Positions 11,401 to 23,400 of a stretch of 64,000 bases of DNA are shown here, in pieces. Numbering within the stretch: the first letter of the stretch is position 1; the number at the start of each line of letters is the position of its first letter. The stretch lies in assembly GCA_965287045.1 (NCBI GenBank), contig OZ336884.1:18600001-18664000 (forward strand). The letters are read 5' to 3'. The stretch comes from Carcharhinus amblyrhynchos (taxonomy: Eukaryota). The position numbers were made by a program, and so were the translations under genes. The notes beneath the pieces are model-generated. The model saw only the letters and a list, made by a program, of their open reading frames with translations, had not been told where the DNA came from and ran no database searches.

Positions 11401-14400
11401 CAGACAGTGGCCCAAGCTGGGAATCGAACCCAGGTCCCTGGAACTGTGAAGCAGCAGTGCTAACCACTGTGCTACTGTGCGGCCCGAATTGAAACCCGTT
11501 TCTCCACACCAATATTTCAGCCATGCATTCAGCTCTCTAATCTTACTTATCCTACACTAATTTGCTCAGGGCACAGATCTGAAGTTCTCCTTTTTAATTT
11601 AGTCCCTAGCTGTTCATGTTCCCTAAGCAGAACCTCGTTCCTAGTCCTATATAGTTGGTACCTATGTGGACTGCGAAGCTTAGATCCTTCCCTTCATTCT
11701 GAAAGTTCCTCGCCATCCCCAAGCAGATGCCCGTGGCACTGAGCAAGACTCTCAACTACAGAGGACTGTATCTATCGCTTGATTATCCATCCTCTAAGAC
11801 TACTGCCCTGCCCACCACAGAATCGGAGTGGGCGAAGGTTGGACAATGGAAATGTCCAATGACCTCGGGCAAGATTTTTCTGTCTCAGGTCAAGCAAGGC
11901 TGTAAAATCCTGTCCTATGGCTGGAACTTTACTGCCACACCCGCTTCGGAATTGGGGCAGGCGAGGCACGCAGAACAGAATTCTCTGTTGGCCTTGGGCA
12001 AGATTTTACTAACCCTGCTACAGCGAGGTCGTAAAATCCCAGCCTATATTTCTAAACTCTCTCCTGCTTGTACGGTTCTTGTATGATGGTGCCATGGTCT
12101 GCTCACTCAACCACCTGGCACGGTGGCACAGTGTTTAGCACTGCTACTTCACAGCTCCAGGGTCCTGGGTTTGATTCCCGTCTCGGGTCACTGTCTGTGT
12201 GGAGTTTGCACATTATCCTCATATCTGCGTGGGTTTCCTCTGGGTACTCCGGTTTCCTCCCACAGTCCAAAGATGTGCAGGTTAGGTTGATTGGCCATGC
12301 TAAGAAATTGCCCCTTAGTGTCCAGGGATGTGTAAGTTAGAGGGATTAGTGGATATGATATGGAGGTAGGGCCCGGGTGGGATTGTGTTTGGTGCAGGCG
12401 CGATGGGCCGAAGGGCCTCTTTCTGCGCTGTAGGATTCGATGATGACACCCTGCAACCCTTGCTTTTATCCATACAAGCTGCAAGAACCTCAAACCTCTT
12501 GAATAACTGCAAAGGTTGAGGCTTCCCCACTTCTACCTTCTTGATCCACTCTCCTGCCTCACATGCAGTTGAATTTCAACTCCTATTTTTCTACTCAAAA
12601 ATACATGTGCTTTGTACTTACATAAAATTCACTGCAAGCTGCTTTTGCACAGAGACGTGTTATGCAGTGTAGATAGAATGTAGAGACTGACAGGTTTCGA
12701 TGCTCAGTGAAACGGAATGCCTCAAAGTAGAACCTGGCAAACTGATCCTTCCCGTTGGACACTATATTGGTCTGTTCTTCTTTATTACATCTACAAGGTC
12801 AAATAGATTATTTCAGCTAAGATTTCAACAGAAAAGCCCCAATTCTGTGAGTCTTGCAAAGGTTGAGCTTCAGCTGGCCCTTCTGTGCTGCCAGCTTGGA
12901 GAAGTCAAACTTTACAATGGGAATTTCTTAAAGTGAACTTCATTTACTAATCACAAGCAGGCTTATATAAACAATGCAATGAAGTTACTGCAAAATCCCC
13001 TAGTTGTCTGTTTGGGTACACTAAGGGACAATTTAGCATGGCCAATGCATCTAACCCGCACATCATTGGGCTTTGGGAGGAAGCCTAAGTAGAACCTCAT
13101 TCCTAGTCCTATCTGTATCGTTGGGATCTATGTGGACCGTGAAAATTGGATTCTCCCCCTCCGTCTGAAAGTTCCTCGCCATCCCCAAGCAGATACCCCT
13201 GGCACTGGGCAGGCAATACAGCTTATCGGACTCTCAGCTACAGAGAACCCAGAGCACCCGGAGGGAGCTCATGGAGACAAGGGGAGAATGTGTAAACTCC
13301 ACACAGACAGTGACCCACTGGGAATCAAACCTGGGTCTCTGGCGCCGTGAGACAGTAGTGCTAATCACTGTGCCACCATTTGAATAACCTGCCTGAACAT
13401 GGAAGGCTTACCCAGAAAATTTGGCTGAGGAGTATGAAGTTAGAAAAGACAGCATAGTTTAATGAACTGGAACTCACTATTGGGGGGGGAAGCCAGAGTG
13501 TGTAGGATGGGCAATGAAAGCTGCTTTAGCCAGCGGTGCCTTGAATTATATTGAAACAACAGGGAATGTGGAAGGGATGTGGGCAGGATGCGCCTGCATT
13601 CTGGGGCAGAAAAATAGCTGTGTCCAGTCATAGCTCCTGGACTTGCTGCCATGATAGCAATCAATATACAAAGCATTCAATTAATGACTTAGTATTTCAA
13701 CAAGTGTGATCTTCTAGGACTATTACCCGTGATCTGCTCCGTACTGTGACCCAGCCCCGGCATTGGGCTATAATCACATTGACCATAAATTGCGTTCAGA
13801 TGGAGGACTTCATTCCGGCTACTCTCAACATGCTACATTTATGCTTACCAATTCCCTTATTAAGATATTCCTTACCAATAGATCATGATCAGTGCAGATG
13901 AAATAGTGGCTGGAATTCTTCCAAAAAAATTCGAAGTGTCAAATTCACATGAAAATTGGAGTATGTTACAATGCAGAGGTGATGGAGTCCTCTGCACTAT
14001 TTTGGAACCACCCAAAGGGATATACCTCACCTCATAACCTTAAGTAAGTATGTGTGAGGGAAGAGGAAGGTATTAGTTTTGGTAAATTAAAACAGCTGAC
14101 AACCTTATTAAAACACTTAATGATAAACTGTATAAACTCTCCAATAAAATGCTGTCTGGAAAGTACAATACATGAATGAAACAAAGGCTTCTAAATGCCA
14201 GTCATTCTCAAAAGGATATACATACAATCAACACTTGTTAGAAGTCTAAAGGTTTTGCTGTTCAGGTCTGACAAATCTTCCGTGTTGATCTATTTTTGAT
14301 GGTGAGTTTTATGAAGACACATTAAACTGCAGGATTCTATGTGAGAGACTCGTCTCTCCCTTCTTCTGATGAAAGAGGCGGCAAGATTACCCTAACTGTT

Positions 14401-17400
14401 AGTTCCTCTTGTCCAGTTTTAAATACCTAGAATTACCTCACAGTATTTCTGCAATTTGAGTGGCTTGAGGCTGTCAACAGCCCTCACATTTGAATTCAAT
14501 CGGATCTGTGTCTTTGAGTGTTTGCTTCAAGCTCATTGCTGCAATTCAAAAGCCTGTTTTGCTATGCTGGAACTCTGGTTGTTGACACATGCTGCAAAAT
14601 TGGCTTCTGCAACCTACTTTCATTAATTTAAAAACCCAAGCACAAAAACACATTTTTTTAAAGAGACAATGCTATATGATTTTTTTTGGCATTTCTTTTC
14701 AATATTTAATTTGTCAAACACCATATTTTTAACCTTTTATGCTACTTCATAACAAGTAATTCACACTGTTGTTTTTCAGTGGGAGTTCAGAGAAGAATCT
14801 CCCACACTGTGGAGACCGCCAGTGTGAATGTCATTAAAAACTAGGGAACAGGGTCTATCCTCACTGTAGAGGCTGAAATCAGGCACTCTGGGCAGGCCAC
14901 TGCACATATGCTGATCTGTCAATGCTGAGATCAGCGCATGCGCAATGTTCCACACTGATGACCTCCTGATTGCTGGCCAACTTGATCTGTTGGCCGACCC
15001 ATTACCCCTGCATCGCCAGCCTTCCGTGTCTCTATGGCCCGATTTCATGACCCCCCCCACCATTCGTGGGTCAGCCCCACACCGCCCCTCCTGGCCTGCT
15101 CCAATTTCCACCCCCTCAATTACCCCCCCCATAGAGGTACACCACCCCCTTTCTGACCTCCCTCCCTCCTCCCACCGGTCCCTATGCAGACAGGCAGTGG
15201 GATCCCTCATCCCACCAAACGCCCTCTAGACCCTGCCCTGTAGGCAACACCCACATAGGTCCTGCTCCCTTGGCCCTGCCACATGCCCAATGGACAGTGT
15301 CAATGTGCCCTTTAGCCCTTTGCCCCTTGGGCAGTGCCAGGGGGCCCAGGCTGGCACTGCCAGAGTGCCAAAGCATGGGGGCAACGCCCTGTTGCCCAAC
15401 TCCAGGAGGCCTTGATTGCCCCACCTTTCACTCCAGCGGGGTTGGGCTGTTACTTCCCCATTAGTAAGGAACTACTCTAAACCCAATTGGTGTGAACCAC
15501 TCTGGTGGGAGGAAGAGAAGGGGAGGGGAGAGAGGCTAGCGGGCCTGGAGACTTCAATCCTGGTTCTGCTAATCACATTTAAATTCAATTTAAAATAAAA
15601 TTTAAATTGCTTCCGCACCTCCTCGCCAATTTCCAACGTGGAGCAGACTCTATTGGAGTGGGAGCGCATGCGCGAATCCCACGCATCACCAGCCACAAGA
15701 TACTCTGACCTGCTGCGTCAACAAATTAGAGCAGTGGGATGGGAGAATCGTGACAGAGGGTATTCCCGACAGGGGAATGGTGGAAGGAACAAAGGCTTTG
15801 CACATGGTTCTGATTGAGTCCATTAAGAATAACATGATCCCAGGGTGGGAGTTTGACAACTTGCGGGAGGCACCAGTTCAAGCATTTTCCAATACCGCTG
15901 ATGCTTATCACACAATACCATTCTGCTACAGTTGGAGGATCACTTTTCTTGAAATTGGAGGTGATGACTGAAGAAGAGCAAAATGATGTCTCACTTCTAC
16001 CTCAAAGCAGTTCCCTATTTTCTGAGTGTTTCCCAGAGCGGTCAGCAAAATGTGGGCCATTTTCTATATCTTGACAGCCCCCTTGAAGAAGGCAGACACA
16101 GGTGACAAAATTCATCGTTGCCTGCAATGTGGCAGCTCAGCTTTTGGCCAACAAACTAAAAGAGTATTTGTGGATCAGGATCTCCAATGTGACACTAAGG
16201 TCATGGTTAACCAGGCAGCAGTGATTCCCACTCTCCTGTATTCTATGGAGACTTGGACAACCTACACAAGGTATTTCAAAGCACTGGGAAGTATCATCAA
16301 CACTACCTTTGCCAGATCCCCCAAATCTATTGGTAAGAAATACAGTCCAACAGCATTGTCCCCAACCCAGTCAACTTGCCCAGCATTGAGGTGCTAATCA
16401 CTCAAAACTAGCATTGCCTGGCAGGGCATGTAGTTTGTATGCCTGGCACCAGACTCTGGGGCAATTGTTCTACTCAGAACTTGCTCAAGGCAGGAGACTC
16501 TGAGAAGAACAGCAGAATTGGAGTGGGATCAAGTCATCCTCGATCCAGCCAGACTGCCTAAGAAGAAGAAGGTTTTCCAATGTGGTCAGCAGCTATGCTT
16601 GCTGGTTTCCAAAATATCCTCAACCAGCTGTTTTCTCTCCTTCCAAAAATGTAGATGCAATGAGCTGTTGTAAATTGAAAGCCATCTTCAATGCTTCTTG
16701 AATAATAGATGTTAACAACAGATATCTCCTGAACCTTGGCTGAATATATATTCATGGACTCTTGAGGATATTAGAAGTGCCGATACTCACATGAGTCACA
16801 TCTATAATTTGCTGAATGTGAGGACACCCTGCCATTTGGTGCAAGTTCTGTGCCTTATCTGAAAAATGGCTCCTTAATGCAGGGAAAGTGATGAAGGTAC
16901 TGCCCTGAGCAAATAGAGTACTTGTTACTTGCTGATCTGAGTGATAAGGTGGCTGCTCCCTGGTGTGTTTGAAAGATGCAATTACTTGAAGAACCTATCA
17001 TTCCTTCTATAGAAAGAGCTGTTCTTGATCTGGGTGTTGTGTCCAGTTAAATTTCAGCAGATTGTACAGATCTGTAGCGACTTCTCTCACAAAGCAAAGG
17101 TCCAAAGGACAGGTATTTTCTGATTTGCATAGATCTGTAAACATTAGGCAGAATTCTCCAACCTGAGACTCAGTCCCATGGTGAGGAAGGGGAATGTTTC
17201 CCACCATGGAGGTCAGTAGGAAACCATGCCATCTCTTCCAGCCCCATCTCTTCTGGCCCCGATCACATTAGTTGCACAATCTGGTTTCTCGTGCTGTATT
17301 CTGGGGTGGGGCAGGTCTGGTGGCGTGCATCCAGCCACCATATTCAGGCACTATTTTTAAAAGATGTCCAGAATCCTTATTGTCATCGTTTACCAATGAG

Positions 17401-20400
17401 GAGAAGTCACGAAAGGGAGGTGAATGAGTCATGGACCTAAGTTAACGATACCTCCCTACACATCCTCCTTGACCATATTGAGGTTAGGAAGGATGTTCTA
17501 TATCTGGCTGATGATAGCAGGAGGCACAGCAGGGGAACAAACTTGACATGGGCACAGGGAGTCAAAGCCGTTAGCACACAGGAGATGCCTAGGAGGTTGG
17601 CAATCCAGTGCCACAAGTGGATGAATGCTTTTATTTTCTCCACAAAGTGAGTGGGCCAAATATTGGCAAATAGAGTTCAACTTGGGCAAACGTGAAATAG
17701 TTTGTTTTAGCAGGAAGAATAAAGGTATAACTGTTGCAATGCATACAGTCATTCCTTAAATATTATCCACTGTCATGCCTTTTAATGAAATTTCCCAATC
17801 TATCTTAGCCAGCTCACACCTCATACCTTCATAGTTTCCTTTGTTTAGATTTTGGACTCTCATTTCTTACTGGACTTCACTTTCCATCTTAATGAAGAAT
17901 CCTATCATGTTATGGTCACTGTTCCCTAAATCTTCCCGCACAATAAGATTATTAATCAACCCCTTCTCATTGCATAATACCAAATCTAAAATAGCATTTT
18001 CCCCAACTGGTTCCTCAACATATTGGTCTCAATACAAACACCCTGTACACTCTCCTGAAATTCTTCTGCCGCAACATGATTGTTAACTTGTTTAGCCCAA
18101 TCTATAGTCACTCATGATTACTGTAGCATCTAAGGGCCGAAAATTCTTGGGCAGGGGAGTCAAGGTGACTGAAGGCTCTGTCATCGACAGTGGAACAAAA
18201 GGAGAGCAGGATAACATACTACCATAATCGTAAGGCTGAAGAATATGAGAAGAGATACAGGACTTGAAATTCATCTGACAGCAATGGAATAGAACAAACG
18301 GGCGATTAATTTAATATTGCTCATTTGTTATGCTGACCGAGATAAATTTCTAATCTATAAATGCTGGCTGAGAATGTAGAAATAGACTGAAATGAGGCAG
18401 TGAAGTGGTTTTTAGTTGAAAATTTAAATTCAGTGCGTGTTGAACATGGAGGCAATGTAAGCCCATGAGGATAATGATGATGGGTAAATGGTGCTTTTTA
18501 TTGGACAGGTTGCAGACAACTGATACTTGGAAAACATATGATTTACAACAGATGTAAATACGTTGAGAGATTGTTCCTGGGTCTACCATCTTATTATTTT
18601 GAATGTAGGAGATGCTCAAGAAGCTATTTCTTGCTCTTTTCCTTGGCTCTTCATCAAAGCTATTTTACAAGTGTAATCTGATTTCTACATCTGACAGTTC
18701 ATCCCTAGAATTTCAAGCAATATGCGAGTTGCAATGGGGAGTGAATGGAATTGCATACAAGTAAGCTAATAGAAAAAAAAATTAATAATTAATAAACCTA
18801 TTATAAGCAGTGGGGTTTGGAATACTCACCCAATGAAGAGATCATAAGTCTGTGAAGAATTTAAATTAAAAGGTGAGGTTGAAGCATAGCAGCGATCAAG
18901 AAGGACATTGAACCTGTGTGGTGGAAAATAGGTTATAGTAAATAGTGCATGGGAGTTTCCCAATTTTTAAATTACCTATGGATTTTGTCTCCCCCTGATG
19001 GCAATAAGGAGTTGATTTTGTAGGACTTTAATCGAGCAGTAACAGTAGGATGTTATATTTATGGGATGTGGGCTGGGCCACTATTTATTGCCTAACTGCA
19101 TGGCATACTGTGCCTTTCAGAGGGCATTCTAAATAAGAGCCAATCGCATTAATGCCAGACCAGGCAAGAATGGCAGATTTCCTTCCCTAAAGGGGCATTA
19201 GTGAACCAATGGCTTTTACAACAATCGTCATTAGACTTTTAATTTCAGATTTTTATTGAATTCAAATATCACCATCTGCCGTGGTGGGATTTGAAACTAG
19301 GTCCCTTGAATCTATGATTATTACTCCAGTGACAAATCCACTATGCCACCACCTCCCCAGTTTGAACAGGCCTTTCAAATAGAGGTGCCTCCCTTCCCAC
19401 CTGAGAGTGAAGGTGAGGACTTATTCTGTTTCCCAACCTCAGTCATTGGGTGCCCGCGGCTTAAAAAATTGAGGCTGGGCGGAAAAGGCCTTTAGGTGGT
19501 TGCTTAAGGGCCTGAACAGGGACAAGGGCAGGTGTCCAGTCCGAAGCACAGTCTGTCCTACCATAAAATCATACTTGGGTCAGCGTGTACAAGATCATAG
19601 TGTCCATGCTATTTTAAGCTATTAACATTCCCCCACCCCCACAGGCTCCCCTGCCATCCTGGTAAAATTCTGGCCATATTTTTTCAACAGTTCACACAAA
19701 CTCACATGTGGCATTTCTCAGGACAATAATCTTTTGTGAAACAAAAGTTTGTTTTATTCTAATTATGAAAGCAATCAGAATTTTTCAGGCATGACAAATA
19801 GAACAAATCTTACTTGCTGGTTAAATTGATAGCTTTTACTTCCACATAAATCTTGGTTTTCAAGATGAGTCCAGACTCTGGTATGATCAAGGCATTTGTG
19901 TATTCTGCATCCTGAAAAAGAAAGCAGTTCTATTACATTTGTGGCATGATAGTTGTGACATTTTCTGTGCAGTAATCTGGTTTTATTTATAGACCTAAAT
20001 CTGAAAATAATTCAAATCAAAATATATTCATGATTTTGAAAGCCATGTTCAACTAAATCTCCCTTTTGTCTGATCCCACAACTGTCTTGCTGCCTTTTGC
20101 TGTGTTTTTACCATTTCAGTTGTCCTTTGTCTTTTTGATTTCATTATATCTGGCCGAGCTTACGTGCAAATATGAACCAGGAGTACTCGATGCTTTGAGC
20201 CTGCTCCCCATGTCAGTTTAATCGTGGCTGATCTGAACTCAACATTCCTGCCTATTCCCAATAATCTTTCCATAATCTAACCACAAAATAAAGGAGCAGA
20301 ATTAGACCATTCAGCCCATCAAGTCTGCTCTGCCATTCGATCATGGCTAATGTTCCTTAACCCCATTCTCCTGCCTTTTCCCGTAACCTTTGATTCCCTG

Positions 20401-23400
20401 ACCAATTTAGACCTTACTATCTCAGTCTTAAATATACTCAATGATTTGGCCTCCATAGCCTTCTATGGCAACGAATTCCACAGATTCACCACTCTCTGGC
20501 TGAAGAAATTCCTTCTCATCTCAATTCTAAAGAGTCATCACTTTGCTATGAGGCTTGCTCTTGGATCCTAGTCTCTTCTAATCATGGAAATGTCTTGCTC
20601 ACGTCCGCTCTATCCAGGCCTTTTCAGTATTTGTGATCTCTTCCCTCACCCTGCTGACATTGGGTAGGATTCTTTCTTTGCTTTCATCTCCTTTCTTCTG
20701 TGCAGAAAGCTTCCCTTTATTTTTTCTTTTGTTGCCAACTTCTTGTTCCTCTTGATCTGGCCTTCTGTTTTATCTCAAGTGCCAATTTTAACTCAAGTTT
20801 GTTGTTGGGCCACCAGGGGGAGTGTCAAACTCACCACTACATGCCAGTGAAAGTTGGGTCTTTTTAATAACAAGTCCAATTTGGTGTCAGCGGTTGGGTC
20901 ATGGTCAGAGGGAGTGATAAGTGGGAGTCAAACTGTTAGCCTTATTTCAGTGAGGTAGACATGCTTGTACCATAGTTTTCAGATTTACTGGTAATGTCTA
21001 AGCTGGAGTAAGATTGAGGAAGTAATAGAATTCATATTGCTATTTTCTTCTGGCTGGAAAATAGTTAAGGACACTGCTCCAATGGCTTTTGAGGAAGAGA
21101 ATTTCAAAGATTCACAACCTACTGAAGGGAAGAAAATTCTCCTCATCTCTGTCTTAAATGGGCAACACCTTATTTTTAAATTGTGACCATCTCCATTCTT
21201 ACTTCATCTTAAGACCATAAGATTTAGGAGCAGAAGTAGATCATTCAGCCCATCAAGTCTGATCAGCCATTCGAACACGGCTGATAATTTTCTTAACCCC
21301 ATCCTCCCGCCTTTTCCCCATAACCTTTGATCACTTTATTTCTATTTTGCAGGTGACTCTCCTGCCCAATACCAGTAGGAATTGAGAACAATCTCTTGGA
21401 CAGCAGCAAACCAGCATGAAGATGCTCAGGCCTGCCTGAAACAGGTGAGCAAGAGTACATTGCAAACTCAGAGGATTTTTATATTCTGTCATGGGTTGTG
21501 GGCGCCGTTGGTTGATCCACCACTTTTTCCCTAATTGCCCTTCACAGGGCATTTGAGAATCAAACACCTTGCTGTGTGGCTGGAGCCACTTGTAGGCCAG
21601 ACCAGGTAAGAACAGCAGATTTAATTTCCTAAAGGGCATTAGTATACACATTACACTTTTCCAACAATAGACAATGGTTTCATGGTCATCATTAAACTTT
21701 TAATTCCAGACTTTTATTGAATTAAACTTTCACCATTTGCCATAGTGGGATTTGATTCCGCATTTAGCATTACCCTGGATCTCTTGTCTTGTGACAATTC
21801 CACTGTAGCATTGCCTCTTGAAGGGCACTGTCTTAACCACCCAAATGCCTTGTTTACATCTGGCAATGTGGTTAACGTCAGTCAACCTTTTCATTGAAAA
21901 TCACCACCGCAATATTAGCGATATGAATTCCACTACTTCCTCATTCTTATGTCAGCTTAGACATTACCAGTAAATCTGGAAACTATGGTACAAGCACATC
22001 TATCTCACTGAAAGAAAGTGCAACAGTTCAACTCCGGTTCATTACTCCCTCTGACCAGGACCTGACCGATCACTGAGTACCAAATTGGACTTGAAAGGAG
22101 TTTGTCTCTTTTCTTAATGTTTGCCCACCCTACTTCCAATCTCATAATCCTATCCTGTACGGCTCTTTCCTATCTTTCCTCAAAGCTTCGCAAGCAGCCC
22201 TGTCGGTCACTATTTTTCCCCAGTTCACTGTACTTTCACTGTATATCCCTTTTATGTGGATTCTACTCTCTAAACTTAATCAAATCTCGATTTATCTACG
22301 TCTGCGATTACTGTGTTTTTCTCTGTCAAGTGGCTAACTTCAATTTCCCTAGCCTCAATAATCACTTTACTGGAGGTGTTTCATCACTTTACAATTCCAT
22401 TGCTTACCAAGATCTTCTTCTTCTTAAGACATCATCTCAAATGACAGCTTACTCTGCCTTCTGAACTTATAGAATCATGCAATAGTTACAGCACAGGAGG
22501 CCATTTGGCCTGCTATGTCTGTACTGACTCTGCAAAACAATCCCAGAATCTCCAGTCTTGTCTACACAATTGAAGTTTATCATCCCTGGAACTGTTCTCA
22601 TATGTGTTTTTTGCACAGTCTCTAAATTCTTCACATCCTTCCCATTGGACAATGCCCAGAAATGAACAACATACTCCAGTGGAGATCAAACTAGCATTTT
22701 ATAAAGTTTCACCATGACTTCATTGCTTTTGTATTCTATACCTCTATTTATGCCCTCTTTGACTGTTAAGCATTTTCTTAATCTGTCTCACCACTTTCAA
22801 TGATTTGTTACAGTGCACAAGCAAGTTATTTGGCTCATCATGCTTGCACCCTCAACTCTCCAAACAAGCCAAATGTAACTTAGTGCCACTCCCTGCCTTT
22901 TCCCCGTACTCCTGCACATTGCTTCTACTTAAATACCTATCTAATGCCCTCTTGAATGTCTCGATTGAACCTGCCTCCACCACACTCATAGACAGTGCAT
23001 TCCAGACCTCAACCACTCACTGTGTGGAAAAGGTTGTTCTTACATTTGCTTCTTTTCCAAATCATTTTAAATCTGGACCTGCTTATTTTTGATCCTTTTA
23101 TGAACAGGAACAATTACTCCCTATCTACTCTGTCCAGTAATTGTTTTCATCCTCAAGCTTTTGGTGGCACAGTGGCACCATGGTTAGCACTGCAGCCTCA
23201 CGTCACCAGGGACCCAGTTTGGGTCACTATCTGTGGGGAATTTGCACATTGTCTGTGTGGGTTTCCTCTGGGTGCTCCGGTTTCCTCCCACAGTCCAAAG
23301 ATGTGCAGGTTAGGTGGATTACCCATGCTAAATTCTCCCTCAGTGTACCCAAACAGGTGCTGGTGTGTGGTGACTGGGGGATTTTCACAGTAACTTCATT

